Assembly (NCBI GenBank): GCA_951406725.2
Contig: OX597814.1
Span: forward strand, 205,406,001-205,470,000
Direction: 5' to 3'
Source of the DNA: Octopus vulgaris
Lineage: Eukaryota
Length of the DNA stretch: 64,000 bases
Part shown: positions 25,735 to 37,775 of the stretch, in pieces
Layout: every line of letters begins with the position of its first letter
How positions within the stretch are numbered: the first letter of the stretch is position 1
Translations under genes and position numbers: made by a program
Notes under the pieces: model-generated
What the model saw: the letters and a program-made list of their open reading frames with translations, nothing else
The model's database searches: none
What the model was told of the DNA's origin: nothing

Positions 25735-26279
25735 CGAGCAAAATGCCCCCTGTCCAATGGACGGTGCTGAATTATATCTGCTGAATAAAAAGCAATCAGT
25801 GTTTTCTTTTCCTTAAAAAATAATTAAACATGCCTTTATTTCAATAAAATTTTTGGTTTTGTTAAATGATGTTAAGGCAAAAAAAAAACTTCTTGAGAGA
25901 CCAAATAGTCTTTCCTTCCTTCATGCCAAGTTTGATGAAAATATTTCTTTTGCATCTTACTTTTTTGGTCTCTTCAATATACTGCATTTTATGGCATTAT
26001 TTCAAGCCAGCCGTTTTTTTTGCACAAACTGCATGTGCATTTTTTTGCTTACACGTAGTATCGATCGCAACAGCTGATGTACTTGCACATACAAATGCAT
26101 GTTCCCACGGCTTTATCGATCACATTCTCACCTGGAATTGATTTTTGTAATTTTTTCAAAACTTATTCACACCCTGATACCGTCGATATCTACATATCAA
26201 ATTTGAGTGCAATCGGATAGGAGGATGCCAGAGATCCTAGAAGACACACAGACAGACAGAACGGATTTTATTTAACAGA
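25735..26279 (-). mobile_element. Non-autonomous Helitron family 2
   Basis: A|TC...CTCG|T, no TSD; empty site visible in the paralogous sequence near 36835; ends shared with 57159-57550. Confidence 0.85.
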
Positions 26280-27329
26280 TTCTGCAAAAACATGTCAAAC
26301 TACAGAGAAATATTGCTTTGCTTGGAAATAAATGTTGGTTGGCAACAAACAGGTCATCTTGCCATTTGAAGAACTATCTCAATAAACTCTTTTTAACCAA
26401 TGCAAGCATGAAAAAGTGGACATAAATGGTGATGATGATGATAACAGTGTATGTATATTTATATATATATATGTGTGTGTGTGTGTGTGGTGGGGTGGGG
26501 GTTGGATGAATATGTGACATAGAAATAGACAACTGAATGAAGTATTGATTGCAGGTTAATATTTTGGTGGTGACAGATATCACATAAGTTCATTAACATA
26601 TTCACAACTAGATGTGTTTGCACTCTGCACACACATTACAAACAGCATATAGGCTGTATGCACACTGCTCACAGGGAAACACTGACACAGTATTTTCCCT
26701 CTTCCTCTCTTCTTTCACACGCACACATCAAGCACTCACAGCCAAATACCTACATTGTATGCATGCACACTCACTCACTCACTCACACGCACACACACAC
26801 ACACACATGTGTATGTATGAATCTGTGTGTGTATGTGTATTTACCATTTCAAACATTTCATGGAATTGATTACAGCGTGATACGACACATACCACAAACA
26901 CATGCACACACACACACACACACACACTGATACACACCGACACACGGACTCACACATACATGGACGGACACGCACATACACACATGGACACTCACGTACT
27001 CTTGCTGACTCTCTCACACACTTTCACATGTATGTATATATATATATACACACACACACACATATATATATATATACATGTGTGTGTGGGGGGTCATGTG
27101 ATCATTACATATTTAGAACTGATTATAGTGTGATATAACACACATACATTCATGTATAAACTCACATGTATTTGTACTCTATGTGTGTGTTTATAGTCTG
27201 TGTGTGTATGTGAACCTTTACTATTTCAAACAGTTTTTGAACACACACACACATACACAGGTATGCATACATATACAAACCTATATTGCATGTATCTTAT
27301 GTATGTGTGTACATGTAAATATTCCTTAC

Positions 27330-27431
27330 CATTTCAAATATTTTGGGGAACTCTGTTTGAAGTGTGATATAGCGCTCAATAAACAACTTCAAAAGTTCAC
27401 GCAGCTGTTGTGTACTGGCAGATAACTGACC
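27330..27431 (-). CDS. Gene A exon
   Basis: ttttttttctcag|GGT acceptor, GAAATG|gtaagg donor, 102 nt, phase 0-0: GQLSASTQQLRELLKLFIERYITLQTEFPKIFEM. Confidence 0.8.
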
Positions 27432-27444
27432 CTGAGAAAAAAAA

Positions 27445-27477
<33 letters not shown>

Positions 27478-27930
27478 ATATATATGTATAAGAGGATTTT
27501 CAACCTATCTTTTAATAAAGACATTTTTGATGCAGCAGCCCCCTATTACAATGAGGCTCTGGCAGCCAGTGGATTTAAGGGTTGCATCTTGTATATATGC
27601 TGAGACCTAACACCCACAAATGATAGCCCCACTGTAAAGTCCCTTGGTTTGCTCTACCCTTTTCACTCAATGCCAAAACCTGCATGGAAAGAGTCTGCAT
27701 CCTGTTTTTTGGCCATGTAAGATATCAACTTGGCTGTCTTTCTTTTATGTCTCTGCTGATAAACTTTTACCTGAAGAAGGGTTATGTATGAAATGTTGGA
27801 TATTTTGCTCCCCAAAGCAATTTCACTGTGCTCATTCTGTCGTTTTAGCCTCTTAACACTTGACACAGAGCCACTTCTCTCAATACCACCAGGGTATATT
27901 GTATCCTATGCACAATGAGGGGATTTTTTA

Positions 27931-28332
27931 AGGTGCAGGAGTGGCTGTGTGGTAAGTAGCTTGCTTACCAACCACATGGTTCAAGGCTCAGTTCCACTGC
28001 ATGGCACCTTGGGCATGTGTCTTCTGCCATAGCCTTGGGCCAACCACCAGCTTGTGAGTGGATTTGGTAGAAGGAAACTGAAAGAAGCCCTTCGTATATG
28101 TGTGTGCGTGTGTTTGTATGTGATATGTTTGTGTGTCTGTGTTTGTCCCCCACCATTGCTTGACAACCGATGTCGGTGTGTTTATGTCCCCATAGCTTAG
28201 AGGCTTGGCAAAAGAGACCAATAGAATAAGTACTACGCTTACAAAGAATAAGTCCTGGGGTGGATTTGTCCGACTAAACATGGTGCTCCAGCATGGCCAC
28301 AGTCAAAATGACTAAAACGAATAAAAGAATAA
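27931..28332 (+). mobile_element. SINE family A
   Basis: Full head-to-tail match. Confidence 0.9.
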
Positions 28333-28639
28333 AAAATATCTTTAGCAATAAACTGGTGTCAGCTTAAACTTTGACCACATTGAAAACCAGAAGACAAAGA
28401 AATATGAAAAGAAGCAGAGTCTGCATAAGCCACTTGGTCTAATGGTTAGGGTGTTACCCTCACAGTTACAAGATCATGGCTTTGATTGCCAAATAATAAT
28501 AATAATAATAATATAATAATGATAATAATAATGATAATAATGATAATAATAATGATAATAATAATAATAATGATAATAATAATGATAATAATAATAATAA
28601 TAATAATAATGACAATGATAATAATAATAATAATATTTT

Positions 28640-28848
28640 TTTACTAATTTAGGGCCTGAAATTTTTTTTGGGGGGTGGCGGACAGTTGATTAGATTGACC
28701 CCAGTACGCAGCTGGTACTTAATTTAGTGACACCGAAAGGATGAAAGGCAAAGTCGACTTTGGCGGAATTTGAACTCAGAACGTAAAAACAGATGAAATA
28801 CTGCTAAGCATTTTGCCAGGCATGCTAACGTTTCTGCCAGCTTGTCAC
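28640..28848 (-). mobile_element. SINE family B within an (ATA)n tract
   Basis: Reverse complement of family B. Confidence 0.85.
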
Positions 28849-28883
<35 letters not shown>

Positions 28884-29658
28884 TGAAATTATTGTGTACA
28901 GTGCTCAGGTGCACTACAACTCATACATAGAATTATGTACAAAAGTCAGGAAAGTGAACAGAGTATGAGTCATGATATACATGTGTGCATGCGTATGGCA
29001 GCATCGGGTATCAGGTGTAGTGTTGGCAAATTTCAGGAAGCACGGAGGTTTTAAAGGACGCAATGTCTCAGCAACTAACAACTGATGCTGGTAGTTTGTT
29101 CCATGCTTCAGCAACTCTGAGGCAGTGCATTCTGTTTTTAAATAAGACACTTTATTTCACATTGCCCCAGTCAACTCAGCTGTGAATGAGTAATGGACTG
29201 CAATGGACTGGCATCCTGTTCAGTGGGGTATGTTATAATGTCAGTCATTTACACAACATGGAAACCAGGTAACCAGTCTTATAAGCAAGAACTTGAGATA
29301 GTAATGTCTGAAACAAGCAAGGGATAAAAGATAAAAGAATATACCTAATACTATAATATCCATCCTCCTCATCATTATTATTTTAATATGGCTGCATGAG
29401 TCAAAATCATCATTATCACCAATGAGGTGTGATTTGAGGTAGATTTGGCTGCTACTTTTAGAATGTCAAACAACCCCAGCAATTTTGCAGTCCTTAGCTA
29501 AGTTAGATAATAGCTTCAAATTTTGATGATGATGATGATGATGATGACAATGATAAGAGTCTGTGATTGGTTCCATTATGTAGTCTTTGGATTTCTTTCT
29601 AGAAGGAACACTAGAAAGGAATGTTCCATTCCAGGTAATGTGATTCCTTTAATCAATA

Positions 29659-30012
29659 GGCGCAGTGTGGCTGTGTGGTGAGAAGCTTGCCCCCTGACCA
29701 CATGGTTCTGGGTTCAATTCCACTGCATGGCACCTTGGGCAAGTGTCTTCTACTGTAGCCTCGAGCTAACGAAAGCCTTGTGAATAGATTTGGTAGACAG
29801 AAACTGAAAGAAGCCCACCATATATGTGTGTTTGTCCCTCCACCATTGCTTGACAACCAATGTTAGTGTGTTTACACCCCTGTAACTTAGTGGTTTAGCA
29901 GAATAGACTGATAGGCTTACAAAGAATAAATCCTGGGGTCGATTTGTTCAACTTAAGGCAGTGCTCCAGCATGACCACAGTCAAATGACTGAAACAAGCA
30001 AGTGAATAAATG
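29659..30012 (+). mobile_element. SINE family A
   Basis: Full head-to-tail match. Confidence 0.85.
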
Positions 30013-30033
30013 AATCTTAATATCTAACTTAGG

Positions 30034-30212
30034 TTAGCATGCTTGGCAGTATTTTATCTGTCTTTATGTTCTGAGTTCAAATTCTGTCAAAGTCACCTTT
30101 GCTTTTGGTCCTTTCACTGTTGAGAAGATAAGAACCAGCTGAGCACTGGAATTGATGTGATCGATTTAGTCCCTCCCTTACAATTGCTGGCCTTGTGCCA
30201 AAATTTGAAACT
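30034..30212 (+). mobile_element. SINE family B (diverged)
   Basis: gttctgagttcaaattc ... ccaaaatttgaaac. Confidence 0.8.
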
Positions 30213-30525
30213 ATTATCTAACTTAGCTAAGGGCTACAAAATGGCAGGGGTTGTTTGACATTCTAAAAGTAGCAGCCAAATCTACCTCAAATCACACCTC
30301 ATTGGTGATAATGAGGATTTTGACTCACGCAGCCATTGATAAGTGGATATTAAAATAATAATAATGATGAGGAGGATGGATATTGTAGTATTAGGTATAT
30401 TCTTTTATCTTTTATCCCTTGCTTGTTTCAGTCATTAGACTGTGGCCATGCTGGGGCAGCACCTTGAAGAATCTTTAGTCAAATGAATTGTCCACAGTAC
30501 TTATTTTTTTTAAAGTCTGGTACTT

Positions 30526-31110
30526 ATTGTCAAGAAAGCCGAGGGTGTCTTGGCATTACTCAGCAAGAACTTTGTCAGCCGCCCTCCAGCTATCTATTTA
30601 AGGTTGTGTATGATAATGGTGTAGCCACACTTAGAATTTGCATCACCAGTCTGGAACCCCTATCTTGCACAGGACATCAACTTCCTGGAAACTGTTCAGA
30701 TACATGCAACCAAGCAAATACCCACCATCAGGCATCTACCATACTCTGAATGCCTTGCTTCCCAGGGCATAGATACATTGAAGCTCCAATGTCTGGTAAC
30801 TAACTTAGTAAACACCCACGAAATTATTAACCAACTTGCCAACAACCACTTTGAGCGTCTTTCTAAGCACCATATATCTAACGCACGTGGGCATGTCTAC
30901 AAAGTCAGAAAACAGCACAGCTCGCATAACTCTTGGAAACATTTTTTCACACTCAGAGTTGCTGAAGCATGGAACAAACTACCTGCATCAGTTGTTAGTT
31001 GCCGAGACATTACATCCTTTAAAGCCTCCATGCACCCTGAAATTTGCCAATACTACACCTGATATACCCCTCCATATGCATGCATACATGTATATCATGG
31101 CTCATATAAC
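30526..31110 (+). mobile_element. CR1 LINE 3' fragment, same family as 50317
   Basis: Matches 50810-50966 in sequence, continues RGH..K...FFTLRVAEAWNKLP; 3'-end fragments also at 21410-22030(-), 28880-29125(-), 31525-31610(+). Confidence 0.85.
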
Positions 31111-31186
31111 AGAACATTGTTTCTTTTTCTTTTGTTTTGAAGAACTCAAAGACAAATAATGAAAAATAACAGAATCTCTGGCATAC

Positions 31187-31295
31187 AAAAGCAATTTTCA
31201 TTGGTTCTGATAAGACATCCAGCATTGTGGCTTTGCCTGTCATGGAATCTTTGTACCAAACAGCATCTTTGGTGCCATTACACTTTTTTGTGGAT
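31187..31295 (-). CDS. Gene A exon
   Basis: cttctgtctcttgtag| acceptor, GCTTTT|gtatgc donor, 109 nt, phase 2-0 matching both neighbours: (R)STKKCNGTKDAVWYKDSMTGKATMLDVLSEPMKIAF. Confidence 0.7.
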
Positions 31296-31344
31296 CTACA
31301 AGAGACAGAAGATGCAGTAGATTTATTTTAGCTGTTCTACATGT

Positions 31345-32260
31345 AATGATGACGATGACAATTACAACAACAACATTGATGATGATGATGACCATGACGA
31401 CAATGATGATGAGGTTGATGATAATGATAATGATGATGATTATGAGGTTGATGATGGTGATGATGATGATGTTGATGATAATAATGACAATGATGCTGAT
31501 GATAAAGTTGATGATAACATGATGCATGGAACAAGTACCTGCATCAGCTGTTAGTAGCCAAGACATTACATCCTTTAAAGCCTCCATGCACCCTGAAATT
31601 TGCCAACAGTCTGGAAGCCCTATCTTGATGATGATGATGATGACAATCATCATCATCACTATGATGCCGTAGTGATGATGCTGATGAAGGTAATGATGTT
31701 GATGATGATCGTGATAATGACAATAATGATGATTATGATGATTGTGTTATGACTATAATCCTTTCCACTATAGGCACAAGGCCTGAAATTTGGGGGATGG
31801 GGATAGTCAATTACATCACCCCCAGTATGCAACTGGTACTTAATTTATCGACCCCGAAAGGATGAATGGTAAAGTCAAGCTCATTAGAATTTGAACTCAG
31901 AACGTAGCGATGATTGATATTCTGCTAAGCATTTAGTCCTGTGTGCTAACAATTCTGCCTGCTCACTGCCTGACGATGACAATAATGATGATAAAGATGA
32001 TAATGATGCTGATGATAATGGTGATGATGACAATGTTAATGATGATGATGACGATGGTGATGATGACAATGTTAATGATGATGATAACAATGGTGATGAT
32101 GATGATAACGATGGTGATGAATGTGATGATGATGCTGATGTCAATGATATGAAGATAATGACGACAACAAAGATGATGATGACAATGGTGATGAAAACAA
32201 TGAAGATTATGATGACAGACATGATAACGGTGATGATGATGATGACAATGCTGGTGATTA
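31345..32260. repeat. (GAT)n-rich degenerate microsatellite blocks
   Basis: Direct reading; interrupted by CR1 and SINE B pieces. Confidence 0.9.
31756..31970 (-). mobile_element. SINE family B
   Basis: Reverse complement of family B; another + copy at about 35675-35866. Confidence 0.85.
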
Positions 32261-32278
32261 TAAACAATGGTGTCTTAC

Positions 32279-32562
32279 CTGTCAATCTCATAACATTTAC
32301 CATTATTCAAAATGGAAAAATTCAGTTGTGATTCTTCCTTCAAAAGGTTGACAATCACTGACTGCCAGCTGACACAACCACAACCACCACCACCACAGCT
32401 ACCACACTCTCTACTACAGTTGGCACTACCACTATTATCTAACCACTCTTTCAGATGTTTATTGTTTTGGTTCATTTGCTTCCAAATATTCTTCAGATCT
32501 TGAAGTTCCAATTCTTGCTGGTGAATACATTCTAGCAGAGTTACTAATCGTTTGTGTAGGTC
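32279..32562 (-). CDS. Gene A exon
   Basis: ctctatcccacag|GAC acceptor, GACAG|gtaaga donor, 284 nt, phase 0-2: DLHKRLVTLLECIHQQELELQDLKNIWKQM...CSRECGSCGGGGCGCVSW...CYEID. Confidence 0.8.
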
Positions 32563-32583
32563 CTGTGGGATAGAGCCAAAATA

Positions 32584-33100
32584 CATCATCATCATCATCA
32601 CCACCACCACCACCTACAACACCACCTTCATCTTTATCATCATTATCTTGAATGTATCATCATTATCTTGAATGCCATCATCACCACCGCCACCACCACC
32701 ACCACCACCATCACAATCACTATTGTCATTATCAATTTCATCGTCATCATTATCATCATCATGCAATTATCATCAATATCACTACCACCACTACTACAAT
32801 CACCATTGTCATCATCATCATCATTATCACCACCATAACCACAACCATCATCATCATCATCATCCTCATCATTACCACCATCACCACCACCTTCATCTTT
32901 TGTCATCATTATCTCGACCACCATCACTATCGCCACTGCCACCATCACCACCACAACCACAACCATAATCACCATTGTTGTCATCATTATCACCACCCAT
33001 AACCACAACCACTACCACCTTCATAATCACCACAACCACCACCATCATCATCATCATCATCATCATCAATAATGATATCCTCATAATCATTGTTGTAATC
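32584..33100. repeat. (CAT)n/(CAC)n-rich degenerate microsatellite
   Basis: Direct reading. Confidence 0.9.
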
Positions 33101-33299
33101 ATCTACAACAAGAACATTCAAAGAAACTATTCTGGCCAAAGTTAACAACAATAAAGCTATTCTCATGATGCCTATAAATATAATTGTAGATTAGCTGGTA
33201 TTGTTTAGCCCTGAGTAAGCCCAGACCCAGCAGGACTAGTACCAGAATCGTTGCTGTTTAACCCTTTTGTTGCCACGCTTCTGTTGGAATATGGCTCAA

Positions 33300-33700
33300 A
33301 ACAAAGCTGGACAATGGCACATGTGCCAGACTCTTCAATCATGCTGCCCTACCTGTGCTCTTATATGCAAGAGAAATGGGGGCATCTATGAAGAAGAGAG
33401 ACCTTGGAAAGATTCATGCTAGGAACATCCCTAAGGGAGCACATTTGAAATGAGAAAATCCGAGAATGGAGAGAGAGTGATCACAGAGTATTGAACAAGT
33501 TCCACTGGGTTTGGCATATCGCAAGGTTGCTAGACAACAAGTGGACCCATGCAGTTGCTGAGATCAGAAAGGGCCACTTGGAAGACCTCCACAAGGATGG
33601 GAAGATGATCTAGTTATGCAATTTGAGTCAAGATCGAAAAAGAATGGCAAAATCAAAACAGAGTAGGAAGTGCATTGTGATCAGCAGTGTATAACAACAT
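33300..33700 (+). mobile_element. Old RTE-clade LINE fragment (RT C-terminal region), decayed
   Basis: Frameshifted ARLFNHAALPVLLYA...HWVWHIARLLDNKWT...GRPPQGWEDDL motifs. Confidence 0.6.
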
Positions 33701-33778
33701 CTGATGGTCTGGTTGATACTGGATACTGGAATTTCTGTTGAAATATGCTGCTTTGTTTCAATAAATAACTTTGCTATA

Positions 33779-34176
33779 GGCACAGGTGTGGCTTTGTGGT
33801 AAGAAGCTTGCTTCCCAGCCACATGGTTCTGGGTTCAGTCCCACTGCATGGCACCTTGGTCAAGTGTCTTCTACTACAGCCTGGAGTTGACGAAAGCTTT
33901 GTAAATGGATTTGGTAGATGAGAACTGAAAGAAGCCCATTGTATATATGTGTATATAGTTATGTGTGTGTGTCTTTGTGTTTGTCCCCCCACCATCGCTT
34001 CACAACCGATGTTGGTGTGTTTATGTCCTTGAAACTAGGCAGTTTGGCAAAAGAAACCAATAGAATAAGTACTAAGCTTATAAAGAATGAGTCCTGGGGT
34101 TGATTTGTTCGACCAAAGGCAGTGCTCCAGTATGGCCACAGTCAAACGACTGAAACATGTAAAAGAGTAAAAGAGT
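33779..34176 (+). mobile_element. SINE family A
   Basis: Full head-to-tail match. Confidence 0.9.
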
Positions 34177-34748
34177 ATTGTTAATCTGGTGTCTGGAGCA
34201 TGAAATTCATGTGGAATTCTGATGGAAAGTTATTATTTAGATCACTTTAGGACCAGAGGCAATCAAGGTGGCTTAGTATCAAAAGAGTTACATATGTCCA
34301 TGAACAATGGATTAAGTTTAGCACCCAGGAATAGGAATGCTCAATCCAAAAAGATTCCATGTTAAATTTCTTTCTACCAAATTTTATTTGTGAGTTTTTT
34401 TGGGTTTTTTTTTATTTGAAGTACTGTGCAGAGGCATTGAACCTGAAACTGTGATATTACAAAGTGAATTTTTAACCATTCTGCACTGTTTGCACCATAG
34501 CCCATTCAGGTTTCTGCCTGCTAAATCCTCTCACAAGGCTTTGGTTGATGTGGATCTATAGTAGAAGACAATTTCCCTATGTACCACACAGTGGGACTGA
34601 ACCTGAAACTATTTGGTTGGGAAGTGGACTTCTTAACACATGCGCATGTATGCACACACACATGTACATACATACAGACACACACACAGAGGATGATGAT
34701 GATGTACATACACACATACATTTGACTTTACTGCAAAAACTTTAATAC

Positions 34749-34937
34749 TTTAGAAAGGTTTTCTTTTATATCTTTTTTCAAGTTTTCAAGATCCACCCGG
34801 TAAGATGTTTCTGGATTTAATCTGGAATCTTCAGCTTTTCCTATTTCACATTTCTTGTACTGTCTTATAAAGTCTTCTGATTTAGTATTCTCATCTTCCA
34901 GAGAATTAGCCAAATTCTTTTGAACTTTAAATAATTC
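34749..34937 (-). CDS. Gene A exon
   Basis: atattgcag|GAA acceptor, TCTAAA|gtatta donor (uncertain), 189 nt, phase 0-0: ELFKVQKNLANSLEDENTKSEDF...LKKDIKENLSK. Confidence 0.7.
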
Positions 34938-35448
34938 CTGCAATATATATATATATACGTATAACTCCTGCAATATACATATACACATATATATATATAT
35001 AATGAGAATTTACAAAAAAAAAAACAAAAGATGAAAACGGGTGTATAAACAACAAACAGATGTATTAGTTTAATGCTTGAGAAGGGAGAAAGTCTTTAAG
35101 GTTTTGACAGAAAGGAACACAGAAATAAACAGGCAGAGAAAATAAAAAAGGTTTAGTGGCTAGCAATCTATCATGGCGAATACTGGACAGAGGGGTCACA
35201 GAGGAGAGCTAAGAAGAAGGGGACATATATAGTTAATCAAATATGTCCTTTGTAAACAAGGTGTACTGGATTCGAGATAAATGCTCGTTATGAGAAATGT
35301 CTAAAACCTTAAAAAGATATTTGGAGATTCAATGAGAGCGATTATATTTTAGAGAGTAAAGGTAGGAAAAATTATATCTTAAAATCACAATAGAGATAAG
35401 TCCATAACATAAGCAATATTGTATTAATAAATAAATAGATAAAGTACA

Positions 35449-35628
35449 GCTATGATTATTAAAAAAAATTTTTAAACGTTTTGAAAGTTCTTATGATAGT
35501 TTCATGAATATACTATCTCTCAACATGAAATCAAATGAAATCAAAATTTCATCTTGAGAGGTAGTATATTCATGAAACGACCATAAGAACTTTCAAAATG
35601 TTAAAAAAATTTTTTAAATAATTATAGC
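35449..35628. repeat. Fold-back (about 83-bp imperfect arms), probably Penelope-derived
   Basis: 35449-35531 is the reverse complement of 35546-35628. Confidence 0.8.
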
Positions 35629-36636
35629 ATGGAAAATAGACATTAAACAGTGATGATGATGATGATGATGATGAAGGCAGCAAGATGGCATAATCATTAG
35701 CATGCCAGGCAAAATAATAAGCTTTATGTTCTGAGTTCAAATTCTGCCATGACTGACTTTGCCTTTCATCCTTTTTGGAGTCAATAAAATAAGTACCAGT
35801 TGATCCTAAGGGCTGATGTAATCAACTTGCCCCTTCCCTCAAACTTGAGCCAAAATTTGAAACCAATACTTACAGTTCTTGTCCCTTAACCTCTCTTGTT
35901 CCTCGTCTCTCATTCCCCTCATTCAAATATTTGCTACTACCACCGAGATCTGCACCCTCGGATCTTGCAATCTTTACCTTCATACACTCCCAGTTCTTCT
36001 TTCCTCATTCACTTATACCAACCTTGTGCCTTGAAGGTTCACTCAAACAACTCACCACCACTATTTTCATCTCCTTCCAACTCCACTATGACACTCTCTT
36101 CTAGAATGTGAGTAGCCATGTGGCTTCTCTACATCAAGACACCTGTTCTTCTTTGTCCCCTTCTCTCATGCTTTAACCCTTCAAGCCCTAGCATAAAACC
36201 ACCCACTTGGAGCTCATAGTCTCACAAGCTGCATTGTGGCCTAACCAAAGCAGATAGCATGGAAAAAATGCCTAGTATTGCTGTAAAGTAGATGGCATCA
36301 GGAAACGCATCCAACCATAAAAGCCATTCCACAATAGACAGTGAGGCATGATGCAGTCCATGGACACTTTGAATCCTGCCAAACTGTCTAATCCATGCCA
36401 ACATGGATCATGGATGTTAAGTGAAGATTACAATGATGAGCTGCACTTTAATTATCAACCTTGAAATGATTGATGAAACACAAAGTTGTCATACATCAGT
36501 GAGATTTGAACTAGGAACCTAGGGAATCAAACAAAGCCTACAAGTATTTAATTTGATGCTTTTACAACTCTACCAATTTGCTGGTACCACCACCACCACC
36601 ACCATCACCACCACCACCACCACCACCACCACTACC

Positions 36637-36670
<34 letters not shown>

Positions 36671-37083
36671 TCACCATCACCATTTTTTCATTATGTCCAC
36701 TTTTTCATGCTTGCATAGGTTAAAAAGAGTTTATTGAAATAGTTCTTCAAATGGCAGGATGACCTGTTTGTTGCAACCCACATTTATTTCCAAGCAAGGC
36801 AATATTTATCTGTAGTTTGGCATGTTTTTGCAGAATATTGGAAATGAAAGATTCTCATCACAAGCTTTTGCTCAGCTATAGCAGCACCCGGCTCCAATTG
36901 TCTGTTTTGGCTTGGTTTCTAGGGCTGGATGACCTTCCTAATACCAATCACTTTACAGAGTGTTCTGGGTGCCACCAACACCAGTGCTTTATATGTGGCA
37001 CCAACATGAGTGCTTTATACGTGACACCAGTTATATCATATTTAATAGCATTTAATATCCTTGCCTAGTCCACACATGTAAGT

Positions 37084-37136
<53 letters not shown>

Positions 37137-37187
37137 CACAGCAATTCCAATATACTGTTTGAATAAAGATATAAAAGACAACAATAC

Positions 37188-37289
37188 CTTTCCAGTAGCT
37201 TTAAGTTTACATTTCTGCTGCAAGAGTTGATTCTCATATTTCAGATTGTTCAGCTGAGATTCCAGCATGGAGATTTGATATTCTTTTGC
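37188..37289 (-). CDS. Gene A exon
   Basis: aattgatag|GCA acceptor, GGAAAG|gtattg donor, 102 nt, phase 0-0: AKEYQISMLESQLNNLKYENQLLQQKCKLKATGK. Confidence 0.75.
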
Positions 37290-37596
37290 CTATCAATTCC
37301 AATAATACAATTTTATGATAATTTTATAAGAGGTTTACATGCAATATGCAACATTCTTTATGTTGGTTTTTATGATAGGCAAGGACAAACCCATATCTAT
37401 CCATCAAATTTTGTTTATTTCTATCGATACACTTTTGGAGTAATCTGTCTGTCTGTCTGTCCGTCCGACCATCTGTCTAACTATCAATCTGTCTGTCTAT
37501 CTGTCTGTCTGTCTAATTATCTATCTATCTGTCTGTCTGTCTAATTATCTATCTGTCTATCTGTCTGTCTGTATATCTATCCATCTATCTATTTTT

Positions 37597-37714
37597 CACG
37601 ATCCCTTTTGATCGGAATTTTATTTTTCTCTTTTATTTTCCATTTTCGAAAAGAAAAGCTCTACATTGTATTTTGTCCCCTCTGTGTTCGGCCCTGTGTG
37701 GCTAATAAAGAAAC
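37597..37714 (+). mobile_element. Probable LINE 3' end sharing its tail with SINE family B
   Basis: Ends tttgtcccctctgtgttcggccctgtgtggctaataaagaaa but upstream sequence is not SINE B; embedded in (TCTA)n. Confidence 0.5.
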
Positions 37715-37743
37715 TTATCTATCTATCTATCTATCTAGATGGA

Positions 37744-37775
<32 letters not shown>

